This document shows positions 53,744 to 63,247 of a DNA stretch of 64,000 bases, piece by piece. The notes below the pieces were generated by a model. The model was not told where the DNA came from. It ran no database searches and worked only from the letters and a program-made list of their open reading frames with translations. The stretch spans positions 924 through 64,923 of the forward strand of contig CAWHXC010000004.1 in assembly GCA_963833175.1 (NCBI GenBank), in the 5' to 3' direction. The translations under genes were made by a program, and so were the position numbers. How positions within the stretch are numbered: the stretch's first letter is position 1; the number at the start of each line of letters is the position of its first letter. Source of the stretch: an uncultured Chloroflexia bacterium (lineage in GTDB: Bacteria; Chloroflexota; Anaerolineae; Anaerolineales; Villigracilaceae).

Positions 53744-54478
53744 CTACTTATTTGCTTCGTATAAATAACCTGTCCCACGCACACTCACCACCCGCTCAGA
53801 CAATGATGGGAACTGGTCCAGTTTATGCCGTAAGCGGCTAACCAGCGGACGCAATATCTCAGGCGCTTCACGTTGTGATGTGTCATAGCCCTGAACCAAC
53901 AACACCAATTCACGATGGGAAAATACCTTGCCTTCATTCTCGATCAAAATCCGCAACAATCTTCCCTCGGCAGGCGTGAGATGTTCCACTTTGTTCTTAT
54001 GCTTTATCTGACGGCGGGAAAGGTCAACAACAGTGCCATCTTTGAGCGAAAAGACCACCACAGCCTCATCCACATCACTGTTGACAGCAGAATTGCTTAC
54101 GCGTGACCTTGAAGAGTGACGCGCCAGCCCCTTCTTAACACTTGCCAGGATCTGTGCCGGGGAAGCAGGCTTTAGCAAATAGTCATGGATGCGCAATCGT
54201 AAAGCCTGAATGGCTGTCTCTGTTGAACCGAATGCAGTAAGCAAGATCACCTCTGTTTCAGGTGAAACTTGATTAACCACCTGCACCACTTCCAATCCGT
54301 CCATGCCGGGCATGCGCAAATCCACGATCATCAAATCTATGGGATGCGTGCGGACATATTCCACAGCCGCCTGCCCATTGGGCGCAGACGTTACATTGTA
54401 ACCTTCCAACTTGAGAATATCCGTCAGAGATTGGCGCGCAACGGGTTCATCATCAACTACCAAAATATTAGACTTCAT
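53744..54478 (-). CDS. OmpR-family response regulator (REC + winged helix)
   Basis: VDDE, VDLRMP, KP; LTPAE..LL, VSRLRHKL, VRGTGY. Confidence 0.92.
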   Translation of the reverse strand: MKSNILVVDDEPVARQSLTDILKLEGYNVTSAPNGQAAVEYVRTHPIDLMIVDLRMPGMDGLEVVQVVNQVSPETEVILLTAFGSTETAIQALRLRIHDYLLKPASPAQILASVKKGLARHSSRSRVSNSAVNSDVDEAVVVFSLKDGTVVDLSRRQIKHKNKVEHLTPAEGRLLRILIENEGKVFSHRELVLLVQGYDTSQREAPEILRPLVSRLRHKLDQFPSLSERVVSVRGTGYLYEANK

Positions 54479-54480
54479 TG

Positions 54481-56055
54481 TTATCCTCCTATCGGTAAAA
54501 ATATACGGAAACAAGCGCCGGGGCCTCGCTCGGGAAGCAATTCCAACGTGCCGCCATGTGCAGTTATTATATTGTAACTCACAGTAAGCCCCAGGCCTGT
54601 ACCTCCATCTTTTGTGCTAAAGAAAGGCTCAAAAATATTGGCCTGTTTTTCCTTTGGAATTCCACTGCCCTGATCTTGAAACATGATCTCAACACCGCCC
54701 TTTAAGAGTTGGGTTTTGATATTCAATACTCCGCCCTCGGGCATCGCATCCACCGCATTCAAGATCAAGTTGATGAATACCTGCTGCATCTGGCTTCCAA
54801 CTGCCTTAATAGTTGGGATTGTTCCAAGAAAATCAATGATCACTTTCACGTTTGATTCTGCAAGCTGTTTTGACATTAAATTTAATATATATTGAAGCAT
54901 CTCGGCAAGGTCAACTTTTTCGAGAGCGCTTGTGCCGGGGCGGTAAAAATCCAACATGCGGCGGACAGTAAGGATTAATCGCTCGAGTTCTGTACGGGCA
55001 AGATCAAAATATTCCTTGCGCTTTTCTTCGGGCAGATCATCACGCCCTGCAAGATGCAGGCAGTTTTGAACGGCTTGCAGGGGGTTATTCACTTCATGCG
55101 CGATGGATGCACTCAATCGTCCAGCGGCAGCCATCTTTTCGGCTTGAAGTAATGCCTTTTGAGATTCTTCCACCTTGCGGACATAATCCAATTGCTCGGC
55201 ATAAAGACGGGCGTTTTCCAACGCGGCGGCGGCTTGACGCGCAAGGATCTGGAATAATTCCAGGTCTGATTCGCGAAGTGGCGGCTCATTTACATCACGG
55301 GCGGCGTACATGACCATGCGAAGGTTCGGGCGGAGAATCGGCACAAGGATCGCCGCACCAAGATTCAGACTGGTGAGATGCGATCTCAGGGTTGCATCAC
55401 CCGGCCCGCTGGCATTGATCAGCATGGGCGTGGCGGATGTATCCACGCGGGAAATCAGATCAAAGAATTTTTTTGGAAGTTCCATGCCGCGTGAAGCCAA
55501 TAAAGAAAAATCCTTGCCATCTGTATTTTGTTGGTAACACGCGGCGTGCGCACAATGCAGGTGCCCACAAATGGCGCTGATGATGAGATCAAGCAGCGGC
55601 TCGCGGCGCGTTTCAGAGAGCAGGGATTCGGTAACGGAGAAAAGCGGGCGCAGTGCCTGCGTGCGTGCGGCATCACGTTTTTGCTGGCTGTCGGCAAGCG
55701 CCAATTTGACCGCATCGATCAATTCACTGCCTTTGCTAAACGGCTTGAGGATGAGTCCGTCCACGCCCTGCCTGAGGGCGCGAATGGCTGTTTCCACTGT
55801 GCCGTGACCGGTCATGATCAACATGGCGGCATCGGGCTGAAGGCGCTGTGCGTGCTGGATGACTTCAAAGCCATCCACTTCAGGCATGCGGATGTCAACC
55901 AGTAGGAGGTCGATTTTATTTTCTTTTAGATAGCTGATGGCTTGATGCGGGTCGGTTTGAGTTTCAACTTTATACCCAGCGCGCGTGAGAATGCGATTGC
56001 ATAGAAGCGCAATACCGGGTTCATCATCAACAACAAATACAAAAGGCGTTTCCAT
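54481..56055 (-). CDS. hybrid kinase REC-GAF-HisKA-HATPase
   Basis: VDDE, VDIRMP; AHEVNNPL, NAVDA, FEPFFSTK, GTGLGL. Confidence 0.92.
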   Translation of the reverse strand: METPFVFVVDDEPGIALLCNRILTRAGYKVETQTDPHQAISYLKENKIDLLLVDIRMPEVDGFEVIQHAQRLQPDAAMLIMTGHGTVETAIRALRQGVDGLILKPFSKGSELIDAVKLALADSQQKRDAARTQALRPLFSVTESLLSETRREPLLDLIISAICGHLHCAHAACYQQNTDGKDFSLLASRGMELPKKFFDLISRVDTSATPMLINASGPGDATLRSHLTSLNLGAAILVPILRPNLRMVMYAARDVNEPPLRESDLELFQILARQAAAALENARLYAEQLDYVRKVEESQKALLQAEKMAAAGRLSASIAHEVNNPLQAVQNCLHLAGRDDLPEEKRKEYFDLARTELERLILTVRRMLDFYRPGTSALEKVDLAEMLQYILNLMSKQLAESNVKVIIDFLGTIPTIKAVGSQMQQVFINLILNAVDAMPEGGVLNIKTQLLKGGVEIMFQDQGSGIPKEKQANIFEPFFSTKDGGTGLGLTVSYNIITAHGGTLELLPERGPGACFRIFLPIGG

Positions 56056-56057
56056 AA

Positions 56058-58655
56058 TTAGATCGGCAGCCAGACTGCGAATGTGGAGCCTTCATTCGGC
56101 TCGCTTGAAATTTCGATGCTTCCGCCGTGATCGGTGACAATTCCATAGGTTACTGAAAGTCCCAAGCCTGTACCGCCGCGATCTCCTCTCGTGGTGAAGA
56201 ATGGTTCGAAAACACGATCCTGGTCTGCGGGCAGAATGCCAATGCCGCTATCCTTGATCGCCATGATAACCCAATCACGGTCTTCGCGTTTGGCTGTATT
56301 GGTAGTAACCAGCAACTCACCGCCTTTGGGCATGGCTTGCAATGCATTATGGATCAGGTTTAACAAAACCTGTTTCATTTGATTATGGTCAATGGAAACC
56401 CAGGGCAGGTCTTTATCAAGATTTAGAATTAAGTTGACGCTGTTTGTTTGGATCAGATGCCTGGTGAGCGCAATGACATCATTTACAACTTCGTTCAAAT
56501 CGGCGCGGATGCGGGTGAGCTCGCCCTGACGGGAAAAATCAAGCAGACGGCGGACAACGTCACTGGCGCGGCGGGCTTCACGCGAGACCATTTCCAAATC
56601 GGAGCGATACGAGGAATCCTGCGGGATTTCTTCGAGAAGAAGTTCCGAAAAACCTGTGACCGTTGTCAGCGGATTATTCAACTCGTGGGCAATGCCAGCC
56701 GCCATTTCTCCGACTGCAGCAAGCTTGGCAGCCTGGATCAGGCGGTTTTCTGCGGAACGCTGTGCTTCGATGCGCGTATTTAATTCCAACTCGATCGCGC
56801 GCAACTGGCGGATGGTTTCCTGCAATTTTTGATATTGATTTGCGCTGGTGATCACTGAAGCAAGAATGCCCGCGAGCGATTCCGTCGCGATCAAGTCGTT
56901 GTGTGAGAAAGCATTTTGTTCGCGGCTTTCCACGTCAATAATGCCGAGGATGTTTTCGCCGTCTTTCAATGCAACACAAATTTCAGAACGCGCTTCCCAA
57001 CCTTTGAGTGCCACATACATTTTTTCCTGTTTGGTATCGTTGATCAAAATACTCTCGCCAGTTTGCAAAACACGACCTGTGATGCCGTTGCTTGCAAGGA
57101 ATTCCCGCCCAGCTAACGCGCGAGTAACGGTTTCAGATTGTGTGCCGCCGATGCCTTGAATGGAAAATTCCCCTTCGTCGTCAATCAGCAGGATGGCGGC
57201 TAATTCGTATTTGAAGTATTGCGCCACGAGGTCAGCCGTAATGTAGGCAACCTCTTTTTTATCGTTCAAGCCGATGACCTGCTGCACCACTTCATGGATC
57301 AGCCCCAAACTGCGCGCACGCCCTTCGGCTTCTTCACGCAGACGTGTGTATTCGATCAACCCCGCAAGATGGCTGGTGATCACCACCATCAGGTGTTCAT
57401 CGTATTGACTGAAAGCTTCGGCGCGCAGGTTTTCAATGATCAGTACGCCTATGGCTTGTCCGCGATATCGAAGCGGAACGATCAACAGGGAACGCGCGCC
57501 TTTATGCACAGGCACGTATCCCTCCTTGATCGTATCCACGATACGGCGCACGCGTCCTTCTTTTAGCACGGGCTGAATGGAATGTCCCGCGAGTGATACG
57601 CTGATGACAGTCAACTTGCCTTCGAACATGCGGTAGTCGCGCAATACACGCCCATCGCTGGAACGCAGAAACAAAGCGATCAACTCTGTATTGAAAGCGC
57701 GCGAGAGCAGGCCAAACATACGCCGCGCAATTTGATCCAAATTTTGGGCGGAGGAAACCGTGAGAACGAAATCGTTAAGCAAGCCGAGGCGGCGAAGATG
57801 CGCGGCCATTTCAGAGAATGTAACCAGCACTTCGACGGAGGGTGAAACACGCAATGTCAGATCACGCAACTGCCCCAACTCAGTACGTGAAAATTCCGTT
57901 TGCCGCCAAAGGGCCACAGCGCCGATCAGGCGCTGGCCGATGACCAACGGCAGGCATATCCAAACCTTTGTACCTGATTTTAACGAGCCGTACGGAAGAT
58001 TATCCCAATTGGGTTGTTGGCGGGTAATGACCACATCGGATAAGGAGCGGTTCACACGACGGAGAATTGGGTTTTCGTCGATCAGCATGGACACGCCTTT
58101 GGCTTTTGTGTCGTTCCACTCGGCTTGGACATCAAGCGACTCGCCGCGACGGATCGCCAGCCATGCACCCTGACAAGGTACCGCCTGCACGAAAGTACTT
58201 AAAATCTTTTCAATGGCAAGAGGCAGATCGGAGGCGAGACCAGATTGCAGGTCAGGCAGGAACGGTTGATTGGGAGAAGTTGAAGAAATAGACAGGAGCG
58301 AGGCAGTTAATTTCCAAATCCGCTGGGCATCGGCAGATTGTTCATCTGCACCGACCAAAATGGCTTGTGAAGATCCAGCAATGGGAAAAGCAAAAAAGCG
58401 CTCAGCTTCGAGATTGCTTGCTTCAGGAATGGCACTGGAACGTGAGTGCCCCCCGCTTAGCGCGCCGCACAACCAGGTGTCGATGTACGGCTTTGTCAGG
58501 AGGCTCATCAATTCATTCTGCGCGGATTTATTAAGATGGTAGGTCGCGCGCAACAACCAAGCTCCGCCAACACGCTCTGCCAGAACAGCCCAAACGGCTG
58601 ATGAGAGTAGTGCTGCATCTTTGAGCGGGGTTTCAATGCCTGTGTCGGTTTGCAT
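56058..58655 (-). CDS. soluble multi-GAF histidine kinase
   Basis: three or more GAF-like repeats; AHELNNPL, NALQA, DSGIGI, GTGLGL. Confidence 0.9.
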   Translation of the reverse strand: MQTDTGIETPLKDAALLSSAVWAVLAERVGGAWLLRATYHLNKSAQNELMSLLTKPYIDTWLCGALSGGHSRSSAIPEASNLEAERFFAFPIAGSSQAILVGADEQSADAQRIWKLTASLLSISSTSPNQPFLPDLQSGLASDLPLAIEKILSTFVQAVPCQGAWLAIRRGESLDVQAEWNDTKAKGVSMLIDENPILRRVNRSLSDVVITRQQPNWDNLPYGSLKSGTKVWICLPLVIGQRLIGAVALWRQTEFSRTELGQLRDLTLRVSPSVEVLVTFSEMAAHLRRLGLLNDFVLTVSSAQNLDQIARRMFGLLSRAFNTELIALFLRSSDGRVLRDYRMFEGKLTVISVSLAGHSIQPVLKEGRVRRIVDTIKEGYVPVHKGARSLLIVPLRYRGQAIGVLIIENLRAEAFSQYDEHLMVVITSHLAGLIEYTRLREEAEGRARSLGLIHEVVQQVIGLNDKKEVAYITADLVAQYFKYELAAILLIDDEGEFSIQGIGGTQSETVTRALAGREFLASNGITGRVLQTGESILINDTKQEKMYVALKGWEARSEICVALKDGENILGIIDVESREQNAFSHNDLIATESLAGILASVITSANQYQKLQETIRQLRAIELELNTRIEAQRSAENRLIQAAKLAAVGEMAAGIAHELNNPLTTVTGFSELLLEEIPQDSSYRSDLEMVSREARRASDVVRRLLDFSRQGELTRIRADLNEVVNDVIALTRHLIQTNSVNLILNLDKDLPWVSIDHNQMKQVLLNLIHNALQAMPKGGELLVTTNTAKREDRDWVIMAIKDSGIGILPADQDRVFEPFFTTRGDRGGTGLGLSVTYGIVTDHGGSIEISSEPNEGSTFAVWLPI

Positions 58656-58689
58656 GGCGCTGTGTCAAATTATAACCTTACCTGTCTAA

Positions 58690-58911
58690 TTACAACTCCA
58701 TTTTATTCAGCACCTCTTTCAAAGCCAGCAATTCCGCCTTGGACAGGGTGACACCCTTGCCCATCTTCGAATGATCCGCCGACCATTCGCGGATATCGTA
58801 TTTTGCCTCCCTGTCGTTCCAACTGATCAGGTTAACTTCCTTTGCCCAACCAGATTCAGACTTGGAAAGCATGCCAATATTTTTTATAATTTCGTATTTG
58901 ATTTCAGCCAT
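58690..58911 (-). CDS. YdbC/PC4-like ssDNA-binding protein
   Basis: GWAKEVNLISWN, KYDIREW, KMGKGVTL. Confidence 0.88.
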   Translation of the reverse strand: MAEIKYEIIKNIGMLSKSESGWAKEVNLISWNDREAKYDIREWSADHSKMGKGVTLSKAELLALKEVLNKMEL

Positions 58912-58977
58912 GGTATCTCTCCTTATAATAATGCTCAGGCTCGACAGGTTTCATCGTGACCTGGGTCAATCATAAGT

Positions 58978-59041
58978 CTGTGGAACAAAGCCTGCCTAGC
59001 CGATCAAACCTCGCAGAAACCAGTCGGCTTTGACTTCAACT
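58978..59041. repeat. diverged intergenic hairpin repeat, copy A
   Basis: shares CTGTGGAA, GCCTAGC, GTCGG and TTGACTTCAACT with 59898..59981. Confidence 0.5.
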
Positions 59042-59102
59042 GTTGCTTTGTTAAGGGTTAAGCCTCAACAAAGCAAGCTATAGACCATTTCTATTTCGCA
59101 AC

Positions 59103-59393
59103 TTACCGATTAAATGCCCATCCCGTTGTGCCAATGACAATAACGAAAAAGGCAATAAAACAGCAACAGCCGACAACTGCCAGCCCGACCTCTATCCAGC
59201 CCATGATGATCCCTGCTGTGGCGAGACCATCACCCCCAGCGATCGCTGGGACCGCGCGTGTCTCCTTGCGCGCCGAATAGCCCGTCAGGATTGCGACGAT
59301 GCTTCCAATAAGGGGCAGTATGGTAAATCCCAATATCCCGGCAACCAGGCTGACAATTGCCAACGTGCTTGTAGGTAAAACGTCATTGCTCAC
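59103..59393 (-). CDS. DUF4190-like small membrane protein
   Basis: AIVSLVAGILG..AILTG..A..GDGLATAGIIMG. Confidence 0.8.
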   Translation of the reverse strand: MSNDVLPTSTLAIVSLVAGILGFTILPLIGSIVAILTGYSARKETRAVPAIAGGDGLATAGIIMGWIEVGLAVVGCCCFIAFFVIVIGTTGWAFNR

Positions 59394-59664
59394 ATTTTGT
59401 GGATCAATCTGTTGATTTATTTTTTTCTCCTTGAAATATTTTCATAACTCATTCCAAACAGCACGGACCGCGCTCATAACCTGCCAGAAAACTCCGATAC
59501 GACACTCCGAAATGCCTCTCTTTAGGACAGATACAGGCATTCTCTTATCAATCGCCAGCCCAGTCTTGATTATACGGGCAGTATGCAAGAATTATAAAAC
59601 CGGCAAACTTCATCTATGATATTACGTATATTCTTGTAAAAAGTGTCATCAAAAGGAGAGTCAA

Positions 59665-59886
59665 ATGACCACAGAAATAAACTCAGTTGAAGAAAAGCCC
59701 TGTGAAAAGAAATGGACCAATCACAACACAGCATCTGCACCTGTCTATGGGTTAGGTATGATCGGCGCGCTGGTCTATTTCCTACAAAAGGCAGATACAT
59801 TCCAGGCGGGAATATTAGGCTTTTTCAAAGCGATCTTCTGGCCTGGGATATTGGTGTATAAACTTTTGAAGTACCTGGAAGCATAG
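59665..59886 (+). CDS. small membrane protein, unknown function
   Basis: AGGAG RBS; VYGLGMIGALVYF..GILGFFKAIFWP. Confidence 0.7.
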   Translation: MTTEINSVEEKPCEKKWTNHNTASAPVYGLGMIGALVYFLQKADTFQAGILGFFKAIFWPGILVYKLLKYLEA

Positions 59887-59897
59887 TACACCGCATC

Positions 59898-59981
59898 CTG
59901 TGGAATCGCCTAAACCGCACAAACTTCGCCTAGCTCGAACACAAGACTTACGCTGAGACGCGTCGGGTCTTGACTTCAACT
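59898..59981. repeat. diverged intergenic hairpin repeat, copy B
   Basis: see copy A; hairpin CAAGAC..ACGC/GCGT..GTCTTG. Confidence 0.5.
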
Positions 59982-60849
59982 ATTCGAAAAGTGGCTCCAT
60001 TTGAAGCCGCTGACTGAGAGCCTGCATTTGATCATCGGTGGGACGGGATGCAAAACGATGAGCGGATTCAAGGATACGCGGCAGGAGGTTAATATCGCCT
60101 GCCGTGTTCAGGAAAACCTGCGGGTTGCCAAAGACCCAGTGCATGGCAAGATCTATATCTGCCTGCTCTTCAAGCGGACGATACCAGGTGGTGCGGTTCT
60201 GCTGCACATCCTTCCACGGTGAGTGGAGGATGCCTTTGATCGTTTGCACGGCAATATTACGTTCCTTACAAATAACGAGCAGCTTGTTGAAATTTTCGGC
60301 GTAGCGCGGATTTTGCATCATGACATAGCTATATGGAAGCAGAACAGAATCAAAGTCAAATTGGGCGAGCGAGCGCAAATGAAACTCTGGCACAGGCACG
60401 CCGTGACCCGTCACCCCGATAAAGCGGACAAGCCCTTCATCACGCGCCTGTATGACAGCCTCAACCACCCCCCCTGGACCGAAGGCTGTTGTCCAATCAG
60501 GTTCTTCATGCAAGCCGTGGAGTTGGATCATATCCACCTGGGAAACATGCAACAAGTCAAGTGAGCGGCGGATCTGGTCGTATGCGGCTTGCTTCGTGCG
60601 TTCGCCTGTCTTGGTGGCCAGGAAAAACGGTCTGCCGTGACGTCGAATCCAATCCCCTAATAATTGCTCGGATTTTCCGTAGCTGGAGGCTGTATCCACA
60701 TGGTTGACTCCATTTTGCAGGATCAGATCCATTGTTGCATCAACATCTTTTTGCGGCGTATCCCAAAAAGCAGCAGCCCCAAAGATAGCTCGAGTACTTT
60801 CGTGACCAGTACGACCGAAAAGCAGGGTAGGTATCATAGGTTTCTCCAT
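59980..60849 (-). CDS. aldo/keto reductase
   Basis: FGRTG, VDTASSYG.SE, LATK, IQLH, IGVTGH. Confidence 0.92.
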   Translation of the reverse strand: MEKPMIPTLLFGRTGHESTRAIFGAAAFWDTPQKDVDATMDLILQNGVNHVDTASSYGKSEQLLGDWIRRHGRPFFLATKTGERTKQAAYDQIRRSLDLLHVSQVDMIQLHGLHEEPDWTTAFGPGGVVEAVIQARDEGLVRFIGVTGHGVPVPEFHLRSLAQFDFDSVLLPYSYVMMQNPRYAENFNKLLVICKERNIAVQTIKGILHSPWKDVQQNRTTWYRPLEEQADIDLAMHWVFGNPQVFLNTAGDINLLPRILESAHRFASRPTDDQMQALSQRLQMEPLFE

Positions 60850-60947
60850 TTCAGCGCGGACAGCAGCCGCATAGTTAAATTATTTTGCATTTCAAAGTAG
60901 ATGATACCCCAAAGTGAATCGAGCAGGAAGACCGCTCAGTCTCACTT

Positions 60948-61880
60948 CTAAAAGGCGAAGGCGCTAGCCGGATTAGTCACCGTGATAAGCCGTATCTGTT
61001 CTTGTGTGATCCCGCGCTGTAATAATGCAGGGATAAAATCCTTTACCAGGGCTGTGTAGCCTCGATAACCCTCATCTGGCAGTCCATCAACGCGGGCAGG
61101 ATTGTACCAACCCGCATCGTGCGAGAGCAAAAGTTGACTTGTAAAGCCAGCTTCGATCAGCTTTAAAGTAGTCTCGAGCAATTCTGGCTGAGACTGGTAA
61201 GGTGCTCCAACCGAGTCGAGTTCAACATAAGCGCCGCGGCGGGCAGCATCTATCAGGATCGAAATATCTGGTTCCGTTTGCGCGTGGACCCAGATAAAAC
61301 GACGCAGGTCGAGACCCGCTTCTTCCAGGATATCCATTTCCTTCCTGGCTACTCTTCCCCCGACCGTGTGGCTGGCAATCACTGCGCCCGTGTTTTGACT
61401 CGCCTTGACTGCAGCTTTGAGGTTTCGTATCTCCAGCGGTGTAGGACCATCATCGCTCATCGCCAGCTTGATGAAACCTGCCCGAATGGAAGTCCCTTCG
61501 ATCCCTTTTGTCAGTTCTTTCGTCCATAGTTCTGTCAGAGCATACTCGCTGATTTCACGCAGACTATTTGGAATGTAGGCGTCTCTATATATCCCGGTCG
61601 GCGCAATAATGTGAATGGGGGTCGCCTCTGCCAGGCTTCGCAATACCGAGAGGTTCCGCCCCACGCCCACTGTAGAACATTCCACCAACGCGGTTACGTC
61701 AGCCGCAGAGGCTTCAGCCAGATAAGGTTCCACCACCTTTACCACCGCAGACGGTTCACCCTGTGCATAATCAGAGACCTTGGGTCCTCGCAGATCGGTA
61801 AAAAGATGTTCATGGGGAAGTATAAAACCCAGCGCGTCCATCTCAATGGGACCTTTGATGGTTTGAATTCTTTTCACCAT
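60948..61880 (-). CDS. phosphotriesterase-like metallohydrolase
   Basis: PHEHL, GFIKLA, ASHT, WVHAQ, LLSHD metal ligands. Confidence 0.9.
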   Translation of the reverse strand: MVKRIQTIKGPIEMDALGFILPHEHLFTDLRGPKVSDYAQGEPSAVVKVVEPYLAEASAADVTALVECSTVGVGRNLSVLRSLAEATPIHIIAPTGIYRDAYIPNSLREISEYALTELWTKELTKGIEGTSIRAGFIKLAMSDDGPTPLEIRNLKAAVKASQNTGAVIASHTVGGRVARKEMDILEEAGLDLRRFIWVHAQTEPDISILIDAARRGAYVELDSVGAPYQSQPELLETTLKLIEAGFTSQLLLSHDAGWYNPARVDGLPDEGYRGYTALVKDFIPALLQRGITQEQIRLITVTNPASAFAF

Positions 61881-62027
61881 ATTAGACTACTCCTTGTTCC
61901 AGGTAATATCGATGAGGACACTCTCTTTCACTACTAACTTGCTTGTCTTTGCAGAATCCAATTCTACCCCTTCAATCAGCCTCTCCCAAGGTAGGGGAGG
62001 CTTTCTTCCATTAATTGCGGCGAAGCA

Positions 62028-62387
62028 TCATTCCTCTCGAATTTCTTTTCTCCAGATCCAGCCTGCAAGGAAAAGTAAGCCGATCAACGCGGGCAAGCCT
62101 GCAATCAAGACATACGCTATCCAGGGAAGTCCCTGCATGAACACCACATACCAGATCGCCCATCCGATGAAAAGCACCGCGCCAACCCATTCCCACTTCC
62201 AGGCGATGATAAGGGCAATGGTCAACAAAATGGAAGGGATCAGGTGCATGAACAATCCGACAATGGTTTCCCAGAAACCAAGCTGCATGTCGAAAATATC
62301 CAGCGCGAACAGGCTAATAAATAATATAAACAGGATGCCTCCGATACGCGGCGTCCAGAACAAAATTTGTTTTAGAGTTTTATTCAT
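62028..62387 (-). CDS. hypothetical membrane protein
   Basis: WTPRI..FALDIF..HLIP..AWKWE; four TM; GGAGG RBS. Confidence 0.7.
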   Translation of the reverse strand: MNKTLKQILFWTPRIGGILFILFISLFALDIFDMQLGFWETIVGLFMHLIPSILLTIALIIAWKWEWVGAVLFIGWAIWYVVFMQGLPWIAYVLIAGLPALIGLLFLAGWIWRKEIREE

Positions 62388-62547
62388 GGCGTCCTCCATA
62401 ATCATAATAGCACGCCAATTCCCCATATTCAAATCACTCCCCTTTTTGACTCTATTTTCCCTGTTGTGACTTCACAATACAGGTCTGCTGCACGGCCTCG
62501 CATGCTTCAAGCAACGAAATCCTCCTCCATTGCCGACTTCAATATAC

Positions 62548-63177
62548 TCACATAAAATATCTAACTACAACCAACGCCAGCGCAATGAGCGCATAAGTAA
62601 ATGAAACGGGCTTATTAGCCATGCTAAGGTCCATCCAATCATCGGGCTTTTTCTCTTCCCAAGGAATTTCTTTAGTCTCCAGTTGTGTGTGATTAAACCT
62701 GGCCAATACCTTAACTGGAGAGGCCAGGTATATTCTTGCTGGTCCGCCAAGAAACAGAATGAAAAAATATTGAATTGGCACAACAATGATTATCCATGAC
62801 AGAAAAATCACCAACATCAACACAGCAAAAACGATGAACATCAGTGAATCAAGAATTGGGATCCCAAAGACGGAGTTTCCCTCTTCTGGTTTGCGCTGCT
62901 GTTTTTTACCAATTGCGCCAAGTGAGATGCTTTGAGCGCCGATCAATTGCAGGTATGAGCCAAAATACTCACGCGGATTGGCAGAAATCAATCCTGTATT
63001 CTTATTAACATCCCATGCAAAGGTAACCAAAACGGACGCTGCAGCGATCAATGAGCCGTTTTTTAGATACCACTCGAAATATGAAATCTTGAAGACAAGA
63101 TTGAAAACAAATTGGTTCAAAGCGATCAGCGCCAAAATAACCAAAAAATAGAACCAGCCTTTTTGATATATTTTCAT
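62548..63177 (-). CDS. hypothetical membrane protein
   Basis: AGGAG RBS, four to five hydrophobic segments. Confidence 0.65.
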   Translation of the reverse strand: MKIYQKGWFYFLVILALIALNQFVFNLVFKISYFEWYLKNGSLIAAASVLVTFAWDVNKNTGLISANPREYFGSYLQLIGAQSISLGAIGKKQQRKPEEGNSVFGIPILDSLMFIVFAVLMLVIFLSWIIIVVPIQYFFILFLGGPARIYLASPVKVLARFNHTQLETKEIPWEEKKPDDWMDLSMANKPVSFTYALIALALVVVRYFM

Positions 63178-63247
63178 CAGGAGCTCCTTTGTTTATGATT
63201 GATCTAAACTTTCTTGTTGTTAAGCCCGCCGACAGGGTAGGAGCAAC

